Below the pieces are notes generated by a model that was given only the letters and a program-made list of their open reading frames with translations, was not told the origin of the DNA and ran no database searches. The translations under genes were made by a program, and so were the position numbers. A stretch of 55,345 nt of DNA from a virus. This document shows, in pieces, positions 33,120 to 42,015 of this stretch (position 1 is the stretch's first letter; each line of letters opens with the position of its first letter). The DNA is taken from positions 1 to 55,345 of IMG/VR virus record IMGVR_UViG_3300036816_000012, one strand, 5' to 3'.

Positions 33120-33464
33120 ATGTTGACCCGGGAGCAAGTGTTGAACACATCTGGCTTTGATCTGGACGTCATGGTCGCTGTACACATCTTTAACGAGCCA
33201 GTACACCCGTTGTCAGGATCTTTCATGATTAGAGAAGGTAAAAGCTACTACTTCATCCCAAGATATTCAGATGAAACCTCTGCATCATGGCAAGTGCTTG
33301 ATTGGTTAGTAGATAAATACGAGGATGCAACACTATCATATCCATGGAATGTTTCGGCTGACTACGATCCAATGAGAGAGACGACCTGGAAGATACATGC
33401 CGAAGGAAAGTCTGCACCTGAAGCAATATGTAAGGCAGCTCTATTGGCTGTACTGGACATATAG
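33120..33464 (+). CDS. Hypothetical protein, phage ABA-sandwich-domain-like
   Basis: The N-terminal pattern 'GFDLDVMVAVHIFNEP' is typical of that family (from memory). Confidence 0.45.
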   Translation: MLTREQVLNTSGFDLDVMVAVHIFNEPVHPLSGSFMIREGKSYYFIPRYSDETSASWQVLDWLVDKYEDATLSYPWNVSADYDPMRETTWKIHAEGKSAPEAICKAALLAVLDI

Positions 33465-33476
33465 GAGGGATAGACG

Positions 33477-33752
33477 ATGGATAAAGCAGGAGTGTGGATG
33501 GTATACGACTATGAATCAGGTCTCGTTTGCCTAGGATCATATGAAATGTGTAAAACCACATATGAAGATTATGCAGAGTCGGCGAGAGACCACGTTCAGA
33601 GAGAGGGAGAATTTTCTTCAGCGCTTGATGAAATTGTGGTCTTGGCGAGAGTAGAGAAAATGATACATCCTGATCAAGTCGAAGACGGTGTGTATGACTG
33701 GAAAGAAGAGAACGATGAGTTTACGGCCGAAGGCGACCAATCGACTGAATAA
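33477..33752 (+). CDS. Hypothetical protein (91 aa)
   Basis: RBS TAGGAGGG. Confidence 0.55.
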   Translation: MDKAGVWMVYDYESGLVCLGSYEMCKTTYEDYAESARDHVQREGEFSSALDEIVVLARVEKMIHPDQVEDGVYDWKEENDEFTAEGDQSTE

Positions 33753-33818
33753 ACTTAACGAAGTGGAGGCCGTATCAAGATATTTTGGTCAGTCTCCCCA
33801 AATAGGAGGATATACAAG

Positions 33819-34139
33819 ATGAATAGAAACGATATGAACGTAATTTTTGATGTAACACCGGATAGCATTAAGAATTCAATGGAGGCGAACCCGCGGGATG
33901 ATCGGATGTTCGTGGTTGCTCCGTTCGCAGGCAAAGCATCTATTCACGCACCAGTTAAGACGGGGAAATACAAGGGTTATCACCGCATCAAGTGCGAAAT
34001 TTTGATTCCTGAAGACGCCATTACGGGTGACGGAATATTAGAGGACTTTGGGGCATTCTCAGTATTGAGTGTGCCGAAAGCTCGAGTCGCAGATCATTTG
34101 AAGCGGGCTCCCAAGGAAGGAGCGGATAAGCATGGCTGA
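33819..34139 (+). CDS. Hypothetical protein (106 aa)
   Basis: RBS ATAGGAGG. Confidence 0.55.
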   Translation: MNRNDMNVIFDVTPDSIKNSMEANPRDDRMFVVAPFAGKASIHAPVKTGKYKGYHRIKCEILIPEDAITGDGILEDFGAFSVLSVPKARVADHLKRAPKEGADKHG

Positions 34140-34443
34140 AGTTCTGGCGATGCCCAAACATCCTTGTCCGTTCTGCAAAAAGAATGAGTCCACACAATTC
34201 TGTGATTTCATAATCGATTACTTTTGGACATCAGCCAAAGATGAAAAGGGAAGAATGATCGGCGGCACGCATGCTACTTGTGACAACCAGATTTGCCAAA
34301 AGTGCGCTGTGTCCGGTGGCGGAAAAGACTTCTGTCCTTCATGTGCTGAATTGTACGAATACGTGAAGAAGAATCATAAACGGATGCCGGGACGGTTAAT
34401 GGCTGAAAAAATATTTGGTGGGGAAGGAGCGGATACAGAATGA
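34132..34443 (+). CDS. Cys-rich hypothetical protein (103 aa)
   Basis: It carries 'CPFCKK', 'CQKC' and 'CPSC' motifs. Confidence 0.55.
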   Translation: MAEVLAMPKHPCPFCKKNESTQFCDFIIDYFWTSAKDEKGRMIGGTHATCDNQICQKCAVSGGGKDFCPSCAELYEYVKKNHKRMPGRLMAEKIFGGEGADTE

Positions 34444-34643
34444 TAGAGTACGAAAACGCCAAACCGGAACATGTGATAGGCAAAACGATTGAAGATGTTC
34501 GTATTACTGACGATTGCGTGGAAATCAAATTTACAGACGGCAGTGAAATGGAAGCAAAGCTGGAACCTGTGGGATACACGTGGGCTAGAATCGACAGCAC
34601 ATATTATCCACCTATCAACCTACCTGGGGAGGAAGAAGCATGA
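34440..34643 (+). CDS. Hypothetical protein (67 aa)
   Basis: ATGA overlap with the previous gene. Confidence 0.5.
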   Translation: MIEYENAKPEHVIGKTIEDVRITDDCVEIKFTDGSEMEAKLEPVGYTWARIDSTYYPPINLPGEEEA

Positions 34644-35014
34644 GAGAGATCAAGTTTCGGATGTGGGATGCAGAGGAACAACAAATGATTAGCGGTGATA
34701 CATTAGCATTTGAAGAGTATGCGCCGATCACAGATCTACTAACACAAGAGGGCATCATGCAGTACACCGGACTAAAGGACAAGAATGGAAAAGAGATATA
34801 TGAGGGAGACATCCTCTATGATTCCGTTAAAAGTATCGAAGCTTATTCAGAAGTGAAATGGGAATTGGAAATGGGCAGGTTTGAAGCTTGGGGCAGAAAC
34901 TTATGGGTTCGATGCGGCAGAACAGAAGTGATCGGCAACATACACGAGAACGCAGATCAGTTCCCACACTTACTAGAGGGTAGGGAGTCTATACCCAAGG
35001 AGGATACACTGTGA
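34640..35014 (+). CDS. YopX-family protein
   Basis: It carries 'MREIKFRMWD' and 'MQYTGLKDKNGKEIYEGDIL'. Confidence 0.8.
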   Translation: MREIKFRMWDAEEQQMISGDTLAFEEYAPITDLLTQEGIMQYTGLKDKNGKEIYEGDILYDSVKSIEAYSEVKWELEMGRFEAWGRNLWVRCGRTEVIGNIHENADQFPHLLEGRESIPKEDTL

Positions 35015-35220
35015 AATTACTGCAAGCAGCGCAAATGAGTTACGCCGGGTATGGAGTGATGTCCTGCATAGGCAGAGTTTACAGCCCTAAAATGCTTGGA
35101 GTGAAGTGGGTCGGCACTCACTACGCTTCAATTAATAATTGTGAAATGACGGATGAAGAACGTAAAGGTGAGTGGCGATCTTATCCATGTGAGGAGGATA
35201 CAAATGATGACATTCGCTAA
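35011..35220 (+). CDS. Hypothetical protein (69 aa)
   Basis: GTG start overlapping the previous stop. Confidence 0.45.
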   Translation: MKLLQAAQMSYAGYGVMSCIGRVYSPKMLGVKWVGTHYASINNCEMTDEERKGEWRSYPCEEDTNDDIR

Positions 35221-35497
35221 TACTTTTGCTTTGTATTTTTGCATTGGCACTATTTACTCCGCCTATACACTTTGGCAGATGCACAGTTTAAGCGAAGAGT
35301 TAGAAGAGACAGAGATTGAAGACGAAGAGGATTACCAAATGCGTTCGGAATTAATAAAAAACGTGGATGAAATGACCCGAATATTAAAAACACCTACAAA
35401 TGTAATTATCGCAATGTTCTTCTTTATAGCTCTATTATGGCCATACATCTTGTACTTGGATATTCGATCATATTTCAGGAAGGACGATGAGGAATGA
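35204..35497 (+). CDS. Membrane protein (97 aa)
   Basis: ATG follows GAGGAGG. It has two TM segments flanking an acidic loop. Confidence 0.5.
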   Translation: MMTFANTFALYFCIGTIYSAYTLWQMHSLSEELEETEIEDEEDYQMRSELIKNVDEMTRILKTPTNVIIAMFFFIALLWPYILYLDIRSYFRKDDEE

Positions 35498-36309
35498 AAA
35501 ACTATCTAGAACTACTACAAGACATATTAGACAACGGAATAGCTAAGGGAGATCGAACCGGCACAGGGACGTTATCGGTATTTGGAAGGCAGCTAAGATT
35601 CGATTTATCCGAAGGTTTCCCTCTTATAACAACGAAGAAGATACACCTTCCGTCAGTGGTTCATGAGTTGCTGTGGTTTGTTAGTGGCAGCACCAATATC
35701 AAATACCTGCAGGATAATAACATAAAAATCTGGGATGACTGGAGCGACGAATACGGAGAACTAGGCCCAATATATAGTAAGCAATGGCGAGAGTGGGAAT
35801 CTCCTCATGTTGTGAATGACTTCCCGGCTGTAATTCAAATCGATCAGTTACATGACGTGATCGAACAAATCAAATTAGACCCACATAGTCGCCGTCATTT
35901 AGTATCAGCTTGGAACCCAGGTGAACTTCATAAGATGGCATTGCCACCATGTCACTACTCGTATCAATTTTACGTTGAAGGAAACAAACTGAGCTGCATC
36001 TTTAATATGCGATCCACCGATGTTTTCCTTGGGCTCCCGTTTAATATTGCAAGCTATGCCCTATTAACCCACATGATAGCTCAACAATGTGATTTAGAGG
36101 TCGGAGAATTGGTCTACAGCGGTGCTGATGTCCATATCTACTCGAACCACATAGAGCAGGTCAAAGAGCAACTGACACGCGAACCATATCCACTCCCACA
36201 GTTACACATCAAACGCAAGCCTGAGAGCATCGACGACTACGTATACGAGGACTTTGAGTTTATCGGGTACAAACATCACCCAGCAATCAAAGCGCCTGTA
36301 TCGGTGTAA
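35494..36309 (+). CDS. thyA: Thymidylate synthase ThyA
   Basis: It carries '[13 protein letters not shown]' and '[13 protein letters not shown]' (catalytic Cys). Confidence 0.95.
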   Translation: MKNYLELLQDILDNGIAKGDRTGTGTLSVFGRQLRFDLSEGFPLITTKKIHLPSVVHELLWFVSGSTNIKYLQDNNIKIWDDWSDEYGELGPIYSKQWREWESPHVVNDFPAVIQIDQLHDVIEQIKLDPHSRRHLVSAWNPGELHKMALPPCHYSYQFYVEGNKLSCIFNMRSTDVFLGLPFNIASYALLTHMIAQQCDLEVGELVYSGADVHIYSNHIEQVKEQLTREPYPLPQLHIKRKPESIDDYVYEDFEFIGYKHHPAIKAPVSV

Positions 36310-36320
36310 GGAGTGTTCGT

Positions 36321-36527
36321 ATGGGCGAGGAAAAGGTAACAGCTAAAACTATATGGGTATGGACTGAACATGCTGAGAAATTGAATCCAAACCGTTCTCG
36401 TGCCGGTGTTCCTATATGGCATCATTACCAAGAAGAAGCACCGAAAGATTGGTTGGAGAAAGGTCTTATTATCGATTCAGAAGATTTCATAAAAGAAGGA
36501 CAGACCACTATATTCGATTTTATGTAA
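36321..36527 (+). CDS. Hypothetical protein (68 aa)
   Basis: RBS TAAGGAG. Confidence 0.55.
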   Translation: MGEEKVTAKTIWVWTEHAEKLNPNRSRAGVPIWHHYQEEAPKDWLEKGLIIDSEDFIKEGQTTIFDFM

Positions 36528-36540
36528 AAGGGGTGTCAGA

Positions 36541-36918
36541 ATGGGGGCGATCAGTCAGATGGAGTTATTTCCTAAAGCTACAAAGTCGGATTATGATTCT
36601 GCCAGAAGCATGCTAAACCGATATATTCGGATGCGGAAGACTGCTGAAGCCCTGCACGACCGGGTTAACCTGACAGAAAAAGAATTCCAGGTGAAAACGG
36701 AGTATCAACAAAAAGCAGATGCGGTTGAAATGGCAGTGAATTTAATTATGGATGATGGCGTAAAAAAAGTGATGCATTACCGCTTCATACGTGGATTACC
36801 ACGATGGGGCACCGTAAATAAGTTTCACAATATTACAGATCGATCAGTTGACAGGAGAATTGTTCGTGGAGTAGAATCCGTTGCAGAAACCTTGAAACTG
36901 ATCGGGATGATAGAGTGA
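36541..36918 (+). CDS. ArpU-family late transcriptional regulator (putative)
   Basis: The 125-aa product has sigma-region-4-like C-terminal 'NITDRSVDRRIVRGVESVAETL'. It is the last early gene before the packaging side. Confidence 0.5.
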   Translation: MGAISQMELFPKATKSDYDSARSMLNRYIRMRKTAEALHDRVNLTEKEFQVKTEYQQKADAVEMAVNLIMDDGVKKVMHYRFIRGLPRWGTVNKFHNITDRSVDRRIVRGVESVAETLKLIGMIE

Positions 36919-37751
36919 AATTCGCGTCTGTACCACGTCTGTAGTGGGTCGGCACAGTGTCTGTGGTTTGGATTTAAAGTAGGGACATAGGGTTAAACAC
37001 CCGGTTGTCCCTGCTCATCCGAACATAGCAGGACTCGTCCACACTAAAAGGTATCCGCTTTGAACACAGGGGTAATGGAGCGCTAGTCGCGGTGGTTTGG
37101 AAGCGGGGTCGGCGGGTAAGATCACCGCTATTATAATATGGTCTTTTGGAGCAGATAGGTTCGATTCCTATCAAGGCCTTTAACACATAACTTTTTTCAG
37201 CCGCTGTAAAAGGCGGCCCTCCGAAGGTGAAAAGCGCATTAGCGCATCACATACGCCTGCCGGGGCACATACCGGACACATGCATATATGTGGACAAAGA
37301 AAATATGCCTCCGTGACGGAATCCAGGTCGACCGTCCGGAGTAATATGGATCTGGAGCCTGTTCGCAACTGTTTGAGGATTACGCTCAGTCGCGTGGTTT
37401 GAGGTTGTGAAGGGGCAAAGGGGAATACAGGGTTGGCTTAAAAGCCTCGGGCCTGTACGGATGGATGACATGGGGTTAGGCCATCAACTTTAAACGATCG
37501 CCTGAATAGCTTTAGGAGGCTTTAGCGAAATGGCGGTTATCATGATGTGGTGGCGAAAGATAGACGCAGGCCGATGGGCCGGAGAGTACCTAACCCATGT
37601 GCAAGTACCGTCACTCAGAAGGTCGGGAAAAGATAGGGGAAATCGTGCGAGAGTGGAAGTCCTCGCCCACATCACAAATTAAGAAATACGCCAATATTTA
37701 ATAAAGGTAGTGAGCAAGAGAGTGACGGTTAAACGCCGTTGCTCTTTTTTT
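36919..37751 (+). ncRNA. Candidate large structured non-coding RNA (~0.8 kb), class unknown
   Basis: There is no plus-strand ORF of 60 aa or more, and G+C is visibly higher than in the neighbours. The block has many local hairpins, a T-arm-like hairpin gataGGTTCGATTCCtatc, and internal repeats of agtcgcg(g)tggtttg. It ends in a terminator (37712-37751, T7). Confidence 0.45.
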
Positions 37752-37832
37752 GTGTTTTAAATTTCATTCCCTGCAGATGAACGAAATGATGATCAAACCA
37801 TAACGAGATAATGCTCGAAATGGTTATTTTAG

Positions 37833-37905
37833 ATTCCCTTAACTCAGAGGTAAGAGTAGGCGTCTTATATGCGCTCGGTCGTTGGTTCGAATCCAACAGG
37901 GAACA
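37833..37905 (+). tRNA. tRNA, anticodon UAU (Ile-type, reads AUA); no encoded CCA
   Basis: Hand-folded cloverleaf. The acceptor stem is attccct/agggaac with an A1-C72 mismatch. The D stem is actc/gagt with GG in the loop. The anticodon stem is ggcgt/gcgct (2 G-U pairs) with loop cTTATAt. The variable loop is 5 nt. The T arm is gttgg-ttcgaat-ccaac. Confidence 0.7.
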
Positions 37906-37957
37906 TACACAACAAGACATGACAGTGAGGTGGATAAAACATAAGGAGTGATAGAGA

Positions 37958-38605
37958 GTGTATGTACAGGGACACCCGGAAGGGGAAGCAGTAAGAATAA
38001 CCAGTGACTCTAAGGATCCATTAGTAATTGCTTTAGCTGAGGCGTTGAAGCTGGTAGGTGTTGATATCCAGGGTATTAGTCTGATCAACCCGGATGAATT
38101 CTTGAACGTCAAAATCGTTGGCGGTTCTACAGGCGGCGGAACTGTCACAGAGACAGACCCGGTGGACATTATCGATCTTTTGCCTAGTACAGCGCTGAGA
38201 GACAACGCATCAAAAACGGTAGCATTGCCCGATCTAAAGAGATACAAAAGGTATGTTATCCAGGTTTCCAACTACTGCGACCAAGATATTAAAGTGGTTC
38301 CGTGGAATACGTGCCCGGCTGTCCTCGAAGACAACTCAGTTGGTATTTTCTCAACTACAGCGGTCACCGACGATAGTTACAGTTGGGTAGTCCCTAAAAA
38401 AGACGCCAACACGAGCGGATTGTTTTACCTCAACATTCTGGAACCTAAATCAAACGGAGCTGGAACGAAGAAGGTGAAGGCATATGAACGGTTGTTTGAT
38501 AGTGTATACAGTATCTCAGGCACAACTATGATGCTTGCATACAAAGCTGTCGCTGCGCCTACTGGTGGTAACCTGACAATCAGGTTCATTGGATTCAAAC
38601 GTTAG
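37958..38605 (+). CDS. Hypothetical protein (215 aa)
   Basis: GTG lies 9 nt after AAGGAG. It is the first gene after the tRNA and has no recognisable motif. Confidence 0.6.
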   Translation: MYVQGHPEGEAVRITSDSKDPLVIALAEALKLVGVDIQGISLINPDEFLNVKIVGGSTGGGTVTETDPVDIIDLLPSTALRDNASKTVALPDLKRYKRYVIQVSNYCDQDIKVVPWNTCPAVLEDNSVGIFSTTAVTDDSYSWVVPKKDANTSGLFYLNILEPKSNGAGTKKVKAYERLFDSVYSISGTTMMLAYKAVAAPTGGNLTIRFIGFKR

Positions 38606-38616
38606 GTGGTGCTGAA

Positions 38617-40896
38617 ATGAGGGACTTAACCCCAAAGCGGTCACTGAAACCATTACGAAATTTAAAGCCTGGTCGGAATTTAAACTGGGATTTCAAAATT
38701 AAACGTTCTGACCCGAATTATCGGGAGACAGGCACATGGCTCTCCAGTTCATTAACGGGATTCGAAGGTGATTCGACTGTTTATTCCGCTACTGCTGGTG
38801 ATAAAGCCGAATGGAGCAGGTACGCCAGCAGGACGGGAAACTACAATGTGTATGTCTGGTATCCACTTGGACCAAGCACTGAGCAGGCTGAGTATGTTGT
38901 CACATCGTTGGGTGGTACATGGCAGCGATATATAGATCAAACCAAGAACACGGGCAAATGGGTTAAGATTGCCACGATCAGTGCGGTAGCTGGTACGGTC
39001 ATGTCGGTTACTCTAAACGTTCTCAAGGGCAACACGAGATCTGGGCAGGTTAGGTTTGAATATACAGAAGACAAGGCTGACCCTCTCGGTTCCAGTGTTA
39101 TTGATACAGAGACAATCGGAATTTTCTTGAATCAATCAGGGTTTGATACTTTGAAATCAAAACGGGCTACCATTACGAATGTACCGGATGGGACAACATT
39201 CGATGTCAAAGCCAAAGGGGATGACAAAGTTGTATTCAGCGGCAAAGTGAAAGGGCAAATTGCTGATTTTACATCGTTCCAGACACCTGGTGAATATTAC
39301 ATTGAATGCCCTGGTAAGAAATATCCTTTCACCTTCAGGATTGAGAAGTATTGGACACAGCGGGTCTCGGTTGGCCCTGCACTCCGGTTTATGGATCAGT
39401 CACGCAGTGATGTATTCTTGACCGGAGCAAACGGTGTTGCGTGGCGTGATAGTCATCAGTTCAGTTTTGAGCTAGAGAGTTTGACGCAGCAGTACCAAGC
39501 TAATCCGAGCTTATATGACCGAATGCCAATGGGTATCAGCAATTTGGCTACATGCCAGTACTCGGAACTGAGAACACAGACCGAGCCCGATATCATTTGG
39601 CTTATGAAATTCGCTGTGCTGAGATACTGGGACCTTTGGAAGAACCAAGGCAAAAAGCATCATGCTCTGATCAAGGCCCAGCTCCCGTACTTCTTACATC
39701 TTTATCCGGATATTAAGCAGTATGTGAGTGAAGAGTTTTACACCAAGATTCGGGATTTTGCCATTGCTGTATGGGCTGAACCTGAATCGAATTATCATTG
39801 GTATGAAACTGCAGCATTCCACACGCTGACTACTAACAACAACTTGCTGGAAGTACAGCCGAACATTGGTGGGATCAAGGGTGAAAAGCCTCCGGGTTAT
39901 GCAATCCGACCCAACTTGCTAATGTATGAGGTTTGCAAACGTGATGGTATAGCTGACTACATGAAGTATCAGACAGCTGCGGTGGAAAATGCGAAATGGC
40001 TGGTTAACTCGGTTAATTTGGATGATCCGGCGATGACAAAGGGCCAGCGAATGAGCGAGTATGTCACCGTTCAAGGGCTGGCTTTTATGTTGGAACAGTA
40101 TCCATCACTTGCTCCGAAAGGAACATTGGAAAAAATCAATCGCTGGGTTGATGTCATGATTGCACGCTCGAATAACCTTTGGGATTTGCGGAAATACGCC
40201 GACCCTAAAGATGGAACTGGTATCGGGCTTGATCAATGGACAGGTGGGTTGATCCAATACAATGAACCAGGCAATTTGACGGGATTCCTATCCATAGCCT
40301 ATGCGGCTGCCCGAGTAATCACTGATCCAGCCAAGAAAGCACGGATCAAAGAAATCGGTATTGCACAACTGGATAATGCCTTTGGTCGAAATCCATTCAA
40401 CCGACATTTCAGCTATGACGGACCGAGAGAAATTGAGGGCGTCGATCAGGGATGGCCAACATTTTACGTCGGCGGCGCTGGTGTGCTTCAAGACGTTGTT
40501 GGTGTAATTGATGGATCTCCAAAGGAATCAGCCTACCCATTTAACCCCAAAGCTCCAGCAGGATATACAGAGGGTTGGGTTGCGTTTAACACAGCGTGGA
40601 ATTCATCCCTTGCATACCATGCTGCAGATGACACTGAGATCAGTGCCACACGCTCAGGAACAACGATTACGGTTGTTTTGAGAGCTGCCCTCAACTTGGA
40701 CAGCACCAAGGTGGAAACGGGGCAGGTGAATGTCCTAACCAGTGCAGGCGCAGCTTCTAAACTGACTGTGACTGAGAACAGCACTGATGATTACCTGTTC
40801 AGTGGAGCATTGACAGTACCAGCAGGCGTATCGTGGGTTGAATTCTCGTATGGTTACGGGTTGTTCAGAAAGAAAGTACGAGTCACAACAGGGTAA
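38617..40896 (+). CDS. Multidomain putative glycan-active enzyme: golvesin-C-like domain + CelD_N-like Ig domain + (alpha/alpha)6 GH9-like domain + C-terminal Ig-like domain
   Basis: 'GTWLSSSLTGFEGDSTVYSA..AGDKAEW...GNYNVYVWYP...AEYVV...GKWVKIA...GQVRF' is a golvesin-like pattern. 'FLNQSGFDTLKSKRATI...DFTSFQTPGEYYIE..GKKYPFTFRI' is a GH9 N-terminal Ig-like pattern. 'ALRFMDQSRS' matches the start of a GH9 catalytic domain. The canonical DAGD motif is not seen. Confidence 0.5.
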   Translation: MRDLTPKRSLKPLRNLKPGRNLNWDFKIKRSDPNYRETGTWLSSSLTGFEGDSTVYSATAGDKAEWSRYASRTGNYNVYVWYPLGPSTEQAEYVVTSLGGTWQRYIDQTKNTGKWVKIATISAVAGTVMSVTLNVLKGNTRSGQVRFEYTEDKADPLGSSVIDTETIGIFLNQSGFDTLKSKRATITNVPDGTTFDVKAKGDDKVVFSGKVKGQIADFTSFQTPGEYYIECPGKKYPFTFRIEKYWTQRVSVGPALRFMDQSRSDVFLTGANGVAWRDSHQFSFELESLTQQYQANPSLYDRMPMGISNLATCQYSELRTQTEPDIIWLMKFAVLRYWDLWKNQGKKHHALIKAQLPYFLHLYPDIKQYVSEEFYTKIRDFAIAVWAEPESNYHWYETAAFHTLTTNNNLLEVQPNIGGIKGEKPPGYAIRPNLLMYEVCKRDGIADYMKYQTAAVENAKWLVNSVNLDDPAMTKGQRMSEYVTVQGLAFMLEQYPSLAPKGTLEKINRWVDVMIARSNNLWDLRKYADPKDGTGIGLDQWTGGLIQYNEPGNLTGFLSIAYAAARVITDPAKKARIKEIGIAQLDNAFGRNPFNRHFSYDGPREIEGVDQGWPTFYVGGAGVLQDVVGVIDGSPKESAYPFNPKAPAGYTEGWVAFNTAWNSSLAYHAADDTEISATRSGTTITVVLRAALNLDSTKVETGQVNVLTSAGAASKLTVTENSTDDYLFSGALTVPAGVSWVEFSYGYGLFRKKVRVTTG

Positions 40897-41034
40897 ATCC
40901 ATTGCCTGAAAAGCCGCAGGAGGTGACGGCGAAGTAGGGCAGACCCTTTGCAAGTTTGGAAATTAACGGAACTTGAATTGGGAAAATGCAGTATACTCTA
41001 TTATGAGAATAAATCATAAAGAGGTGTGAAGTTT

Positions 41035-41289
41035 ATGGAAACAGCGGCAAAAAAAGTTGAGTGTCCGAAATGTGGATCGGTAAGACAAGAACGATTGACA
41101 AAAACATTTTTCTTTCTGTTTTTATTAGGCGGTGGTAGTTGCTTGATATGGCTAGGGTTGATATTATGGCCTGCTCTTATTGCTGGTGGAGCAATGATAT
41201 TGTTATCTTTTGCAACACCTGCGTTCCCGAAGTCTTATAAGTGTTTGGATTGCAATAGTGGTTGGACAGAAAAACAGGAATGGCTTTAA
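41035..41289 (+). CDS. Membrane zinc-ribbon protein (84 aa)
   Basis: 'CPKCGS' ... 2 TM ... 'CLDCNS'. ATG lies 8 nt after GAGGTG. Confidence 0.55.
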   Translation: METAAKKVECPKCGSVRQERLTKTFFFLFLLGGGSCLIWLGLILWPALIAGGAMILLSFATPAFPKSYKCLDCNSGWTEKQEWL

Positions 41290-41372
41290 TGATGGATATG
41301 CATACATAGTGCCTAATGTGGAGAATATTTTATACAATTTAAAATGAATTAATGAGGGAGCGGTGATCTACT

Positions 41373-41651
41373 ATGTTAAGCAAATGCGATCATTGTCAGC
41401 ATGAGTTTCAGGTGGATGGCTTTCCCATAGAGGACATGCCGGATGGAGTAGAAAAGACATACTTCGAGTGCCCACATTGCAAGCGTGAGTACGTTGCTTT
41501 CTACACAGATCCAGAAATTAGGGAGTTACAAGCTAAAATCAGAAATACAGGGTGGAATGACGAGGAAGCAAACACACTGCTGAAAATGGTTGAGGACAAC
41601 AAACGCTTGATGAATGAACTTCGTAAACGAATGGAAATGCAAGGCGAGTAG
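41373..41651 (+). CDS. Zinc-ribbon protein (92 aa)
   Basis: It has 'CDHCQHE' ... 'CPHCKRE' and a helical C-terminus. Confidence 0.55.
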   Translation: MLSKCDHCQHEFQVDGFPIEDMPDGVEKTYFECPHCKREYVAFYTDPEIRELQAKIRNTGWNDEEANTLLKMVEDNKRLMNELRKRMEMQGE

Positions 41652-41679
41652 ATAGTATACAAGTCCAAACAAACAAACC

Positions 41680-41708
41680 AAAGCCATGCTTACATAGGTG
41701 GCTTTTTG
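41680..41708 (+). terminator. Rho-independent terminator
   Basis: The stem aaagcca/tggcttt is followed by a T-run. Confidence 0.65.
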
Positions 41709-41740
41709 TCATGCCAATAAACAAAACGGAGGGACTCATA

Positions 41741-41989
41741 ATGGTGATTAAGAAGACGGTAGCACCACCACCGACCGGAGGGAGCTCAGTGAACAAACCT
41801 TGTAGACCTGTTCAGGAAGGCATGACAACAGTTGTTATCAACCTTAACCTCATGAGCACGCAGAACATAGGAGAAGCAGTAAGGGAAGCTGAATCAGCCG
41901 TAGATTGGGATGTAAGTAAGACGGTTGTGATCAATGTGAATGTGCTTAACGATGGTTATGTTGAAAATGATGTGGTTGACTATGGATAA
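41741..41989 (+). CDS. Hypothetical protein (82 aa) with internal 'TVVINxNxx' repeat
   Basis: ATG lies 7 nt after GGAGGG. The repeats are 'TTVVINLNLM' and 'KTVVINVNVL'. Confidence 0.5.
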   Translation: MVIKKTVAPPPTGGSSVNKPCRPVQEGMTTVVINLNLMSTQNIGEAVREAESAVDWDVSKTVVINVNVLNDGYVENDVVDYG

Positions 41990-42015
41990 GTGTGAGGTGA
42001 TGACGTTTGGCAAGG

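Noticed and set aside
37141-37179. Second tRNA suggested by the GGTTCGATTCC T-arm
   Set aside because: The T-arm hairpin (gatagg-ttcgatt-cctatc) is good. However, the sequence needed to pair with the would-be 3' acceptor strand (caaggcc) is absent upstream, and no D arm or anticodon arm can be drawn. I kept it only as a T-loop-like element of the RNA candidate.
36974-37675. Four minus-strand ORFs (70, 62, 74 and 61 aa) in the gap after the ArpU-like gene
   Set aside because: Their translations are Arg/Cys/Pro/Ser-rich and they have no Shine-Dalgarno sequences. They overlap each other and lie antisense to a hairpin-dense GC-rich block. I treat them as chance ORFs in a probable RNA locus.
37729-38271. 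180-aa minus-strand ORF
   Set aside because: It runs antisense across the tRNA (37833-37905) and the 5' end of the plus-strand CDS 37958-38605. It has no RBS and an odd composition, so it is a shadow ORF.
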